Assembly (NCBI GenBank): GCA_963718615.1 | Contig: OY970368.1 | Coordinates: 3,040,001 to 3,104,000 of the forward strand | Direction of reading: 5' to 3' | Length of the DNA stretch: 64,000 bases | DNA from: an uncultured cyanobacterium | GTDB lineage: Bacteria; Cyanobacteriota; Cyanobacteriia; PCC-9006; JAAUQQ01 | In this document: positions 61,380 through 64,000 of the stretch, piece by piece | How positions within the stretch are numbered: the first letter of the stretch is position 1 | How the letters are laid out: every line of letters begins with the position of its first letter | Position numbers and translations under genes: made by a program | The notes under the pieces: generated by a model | Seen by the model: only the letters and a program-made list of their open reading frames with translations | Told to the model about the DNA's origin: nothing | Database searches by the model: none

Positions 61380-63818
61380 ATGAGCCGAATTCAAAAAACC
61401 ACCGGACGGCAATATTCCAACGATCTGGAAACCGCTGAGCTCACCCATACCCTGCCTGCCCAAGTTTCAAAACGCCGCACCCAAAGTGGCTCTCATTCCC
61501 AAACCCAAGGGAACCCGCGTCGCCAGCGGCTGAAACTGGCCTTTCGGGGATTGGGAGCGCTGGCGCTGGGGGCGATCGCCGCCTTTAATCCCAATTTTGT
61601 TCAGATCCTAGACCGCCAAACCCAAAGTCTTTTTCTCGAACTGCGGGGACCGATCGCCTCCCCTGACAATATTGTCATCCTGGCCATCGATGACTCCTCC
61701 CTGAGCCAAGCAGATATTTACGCACAGGATCCCGTCCGCTTTGCCGATCTGGAGCCGATTCAGTCCTGGCCCTGGCGACGCCAAGCCTATGCCGAGGTGA
61801 TTGAGCGTCTCTTTGCCGCCGGGGCCAAAAGTGTGTCCCTCGATTTAGTTCTGTCAGCGCCTAGCAGCTATGGTCCCCAGGACGATGAGGCTTTGGCCCA
61901 GGTCTTACAGCGCCATACCGGACGCGTTGTCCTGGCGGAACAGTTTGTCTCTACCGACAATTTGCTCCAGGGGAGTCTGTTCCAACGGGATATGCCCCTA
62001 GAGGATTTTCAAACCGCTGGAGCGACAACGGGGTTCATCAACCTGATGCTAGAGCCCGATAGCCAAGTCCATCGGTTTGGTCTGGCATTTCTCGACCAGA
62101 TTCAGCGTCAGGATCCGCTCTTTCGCTTACTTCTAGAGGACGAGACCGTCACCCCGTCCTTTGCCACCGCAACGCTCCAAGCCGCTCAGGCGACCCAATC
62201 TCCCGAAACCGCTCAGCACCACATTCAGTTCTACGGTCCCAACAACAGCTTTACTCAAATTCCCTTTTGGCAAGTCCTAGACAACACCAGTTGGAATGCC
62301 GTCAATGGTGGCGGAGCGCAGTTCCAGCAACAATTCAAAGACAAAATTGTACTGATTGGCTCCACCGCACCGCTCCAGCAGGACTTTCACCCAGCGCCCT
62401 TTGGCCATACGGGTCTCTATCAACAGCAGTTGTTTGGGGTGGAAATTCAGGCCAATGCCATCGCCTCTCTTCAGGAAAGGGGGGCGATCGCCGATCCCTT
62501 CCTCCACCAGCCCTGGGGACGAGGCCTTCTTCTTGCCCTCTTAGGGATAGGAGCCAGCCAACTGCTCCGACGACCGCGTCAGCCCCTGCTACGTCTAGGG
62601 GGTGGTTTTGTCCTAGCAACTGCATGGGGATTGGTCGGATTTGGAGTCTTGGCTCTAGGACGAATCATTGTGCCCACTGCGTTACCGATCCTGGCCTTGG
62701 TGGGTCTTGGCAGCACCCACTTTGTCAGCGCACTCCTCCGAGAACAGCGACAGCGAAAAAAGCTGCGCCAAGCCCTCAAAGCCCATGCCTCTGTCCCTGC
62801 GGTCCAGCAAATTATTCGGCAAGAGGACTTAGATCTGATTGACCTGATTCAGGAACGGGAAGCAGAAGTCATCGGAAAAATTCTCAATAATCGCTATCGC
62901 ATTGCCAAAGTCCTCGGGACCGGGGGCTTTAGTGAAACCTATGTTGCGCAAGATACCCATCGTCCCGGCGATCCCACCTGTGTTGTCAAGCAACTGCGCT
63001 TGGTGCAGGGAAAACCCGGCAAGATCGAGCTCGTCCGCCGTCTGTTTTTGCTTGAAGCGGAAACCCTGGAGCGATTGGGACAGCATAGCCAGATCCCTCA
63101 ACTGTTGGCCTACTTTGAAGAGGATTATGAATTCTATCTAGTCCAAGAGCTAATCGAAGGCCAGTCGCTCCACGATGAGCTGATTCGCAAAGCCAGGTTG
63201 CCGCTCTACGCCATCATGCAGTTGCTTTACGATGTCTTAGTGGTTTTGGACTTTGTCCATGGGCATCAAATTATCCACCGGGATATCAAACCCCATAATC
63301 TGATTCGCCGCAGCCAGGATAGCCAGTTTGTCCTGATTGACTTTGGCGTCGCCAAAAAACTGTCCGATCGCTTGCAAACCGATACCCGCACCCAGCTCAC
63401 CGTCGCCATCGGGACCCAAGGCTACATTTCCCGCGAGCAAATTGCAGGCAAGCCCAATTTTGCCAGCGATCTCTATTCCCTCGGCGTCACCACCATCGAG
63501 GCGCTGACCGGACTAATTCCCCGACAGTTCCAATTTGATGAGGAAGGGGAAATTTCCTGGACCCATCGCGCGGACTTTATCAGCGATGAGCTGCAAGGGT
63601 TTCTCCAGCGCCTTGTCCGAGCGGACTACACCCAGCGTTATCCCTCCGCCCAGGAGGCTCTGCTCGCGCTACAACAGGTGCCTGAGTTTGCGTTGCTCAA
63701 GGAAGAGCGTCCCCAGGTCATACCCACAGGAACGGTTAATCGACTGTTCCAAAGTTTTGAAGATGAGACCGAAGATGCGTCAGCGGATACCCAAATCTGG
63801 CAGCGGGAGGAGCCCTGA
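61380..63818 (+). CDS. CHASE2-domain Ser/Thr protein kinase
   Basis: CHASE2 (LAIDD, WPWRR, GVEIQAN), 3 TM, kinase GTGGFS, VVK, HRDIKPHN, DFG. Confidence 0.93.
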   Translation: MSRIQKTTGRQYSNDLETAELTHTLPAQVSKRRTQSGSHSQTQGNPRRQRLKLAFRGLGALALGAIAAFNPNFVQILDRQTQSLFLELRGPIASPDNIVILAIDDSSLSQADIYAQDPVRFADLEPIQSWPWRRQAYAEVIERLFAAGAKSVSLDLVLSAPSSYGPQDDEALAQVLQRHTGRVVLAEQFVSTDNLLQGSLFQRDMPLEDFQTAGATTGFINLMLEPDSQVHRFGLAFLDQIQRQDPLFRLLLEDETVTPSFATATLQAAQATQSPETAQHHIQFYGPNNSFTQIPFWQVLDNTSWNAVNGGGAQFQQQFKDKIVLIGSTAPLQQDFHPAPFGHTGLYQQQLFGVEIQANAIASLQERGAIADPFLHQPWGRGLLLALLGIGASQLLRRPRQPLLRLGGGFVLATAWGLVGFGVLALGRIIVPTALPILALVGLGSTHFVSALLREQRQRKKLRQALKAHASVPAVQQIIRQEDLDLIDLIQEREAEVIGKILNNRYRIAKVLGTGGFSETYVAQDTHRPGDPTCVVKQLRLVQGKPGKIELVRRLFLLEAETLERLGQHSQIPQLLAYFEEDYEFYLVQELIEGQSLHDELIRKARLPLYAIMQLLYDVLVVLDFVHGHQIIHRDIKPHNLIRRSQDSQFVLIDFGVAKKLSDRLQTDTRTQLTVAIGTQGYISREQIAGKPNFASDLYSLGVTTIEALTGLIPRQFQFDEEGEISWTHRADFISDELQGFLQRLVRADYTQRYPSAQEALLALQQVPEFALLKEERPQVIPTGTVNRLFQSFEDETEDASADTQIWQREEP

Positions 63819-64000
63819 GTTAGAGCCCTGGGCTAGAAGCCGAATACTCAAGGTTCAAACAGTCAAGGTCCAAACATTCAGTTTTCAACCCCGTGTGACC
63901 TGAATCATTGGTCACAACTGTAAGAATTGTGTAAAGTAAAAGTGTAGGGAAAACATGAAGAACCTAGAGAAAATCGGGTTGTATTGTGTAAGCTCAACTT

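Noticed and set aside
63894-63915. GTGACC...GGTCAC palindrome as a CRP site
   Set aside because: Half-site spacing is 13 rather than 6; more likely a hairpin, and the downstream context is outside the window

Overview
Cyanobacterial chromosomal window. The HIP1 octamer GCGATCGC is very dense, and hetF, nblS, cyanoexosortase and a cyanobacteriochrome chemoreceptor are present. Most of it is core housekeeping: trmFO, aat, rpsN, nblS-purD, purC-bamA, galE, hemF, mrp-rodA, queE-queC, tRNA-Gly(UCC), hetF, pyrE and yebC. Accessory content: (i) a cyanoexosortase C / HpsJ / PTPA-CTERM / three-GT4 / 2OG-Fe(II) oxygenase surface-glycan locus; (ii) an intact IS605-type element (divergent tnpA/tnpB) whose predicted TnpB guide is a short tandem repeat; (iii) a six-gene phototaxis-type Che cluster with a soluble four-GAF receptor. 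The most unusual signal is non-coding. The ~950 bp bamA-cobH spacer holds two paralogous ~130 nt minus-strand sRNA-like units with identically spaced promoter blocks and covarying terminators. It also holds a third ~86 nt unit that is complementary to their conserved core. All protein and RNA family calls are from motif recognition only; no searches were run.
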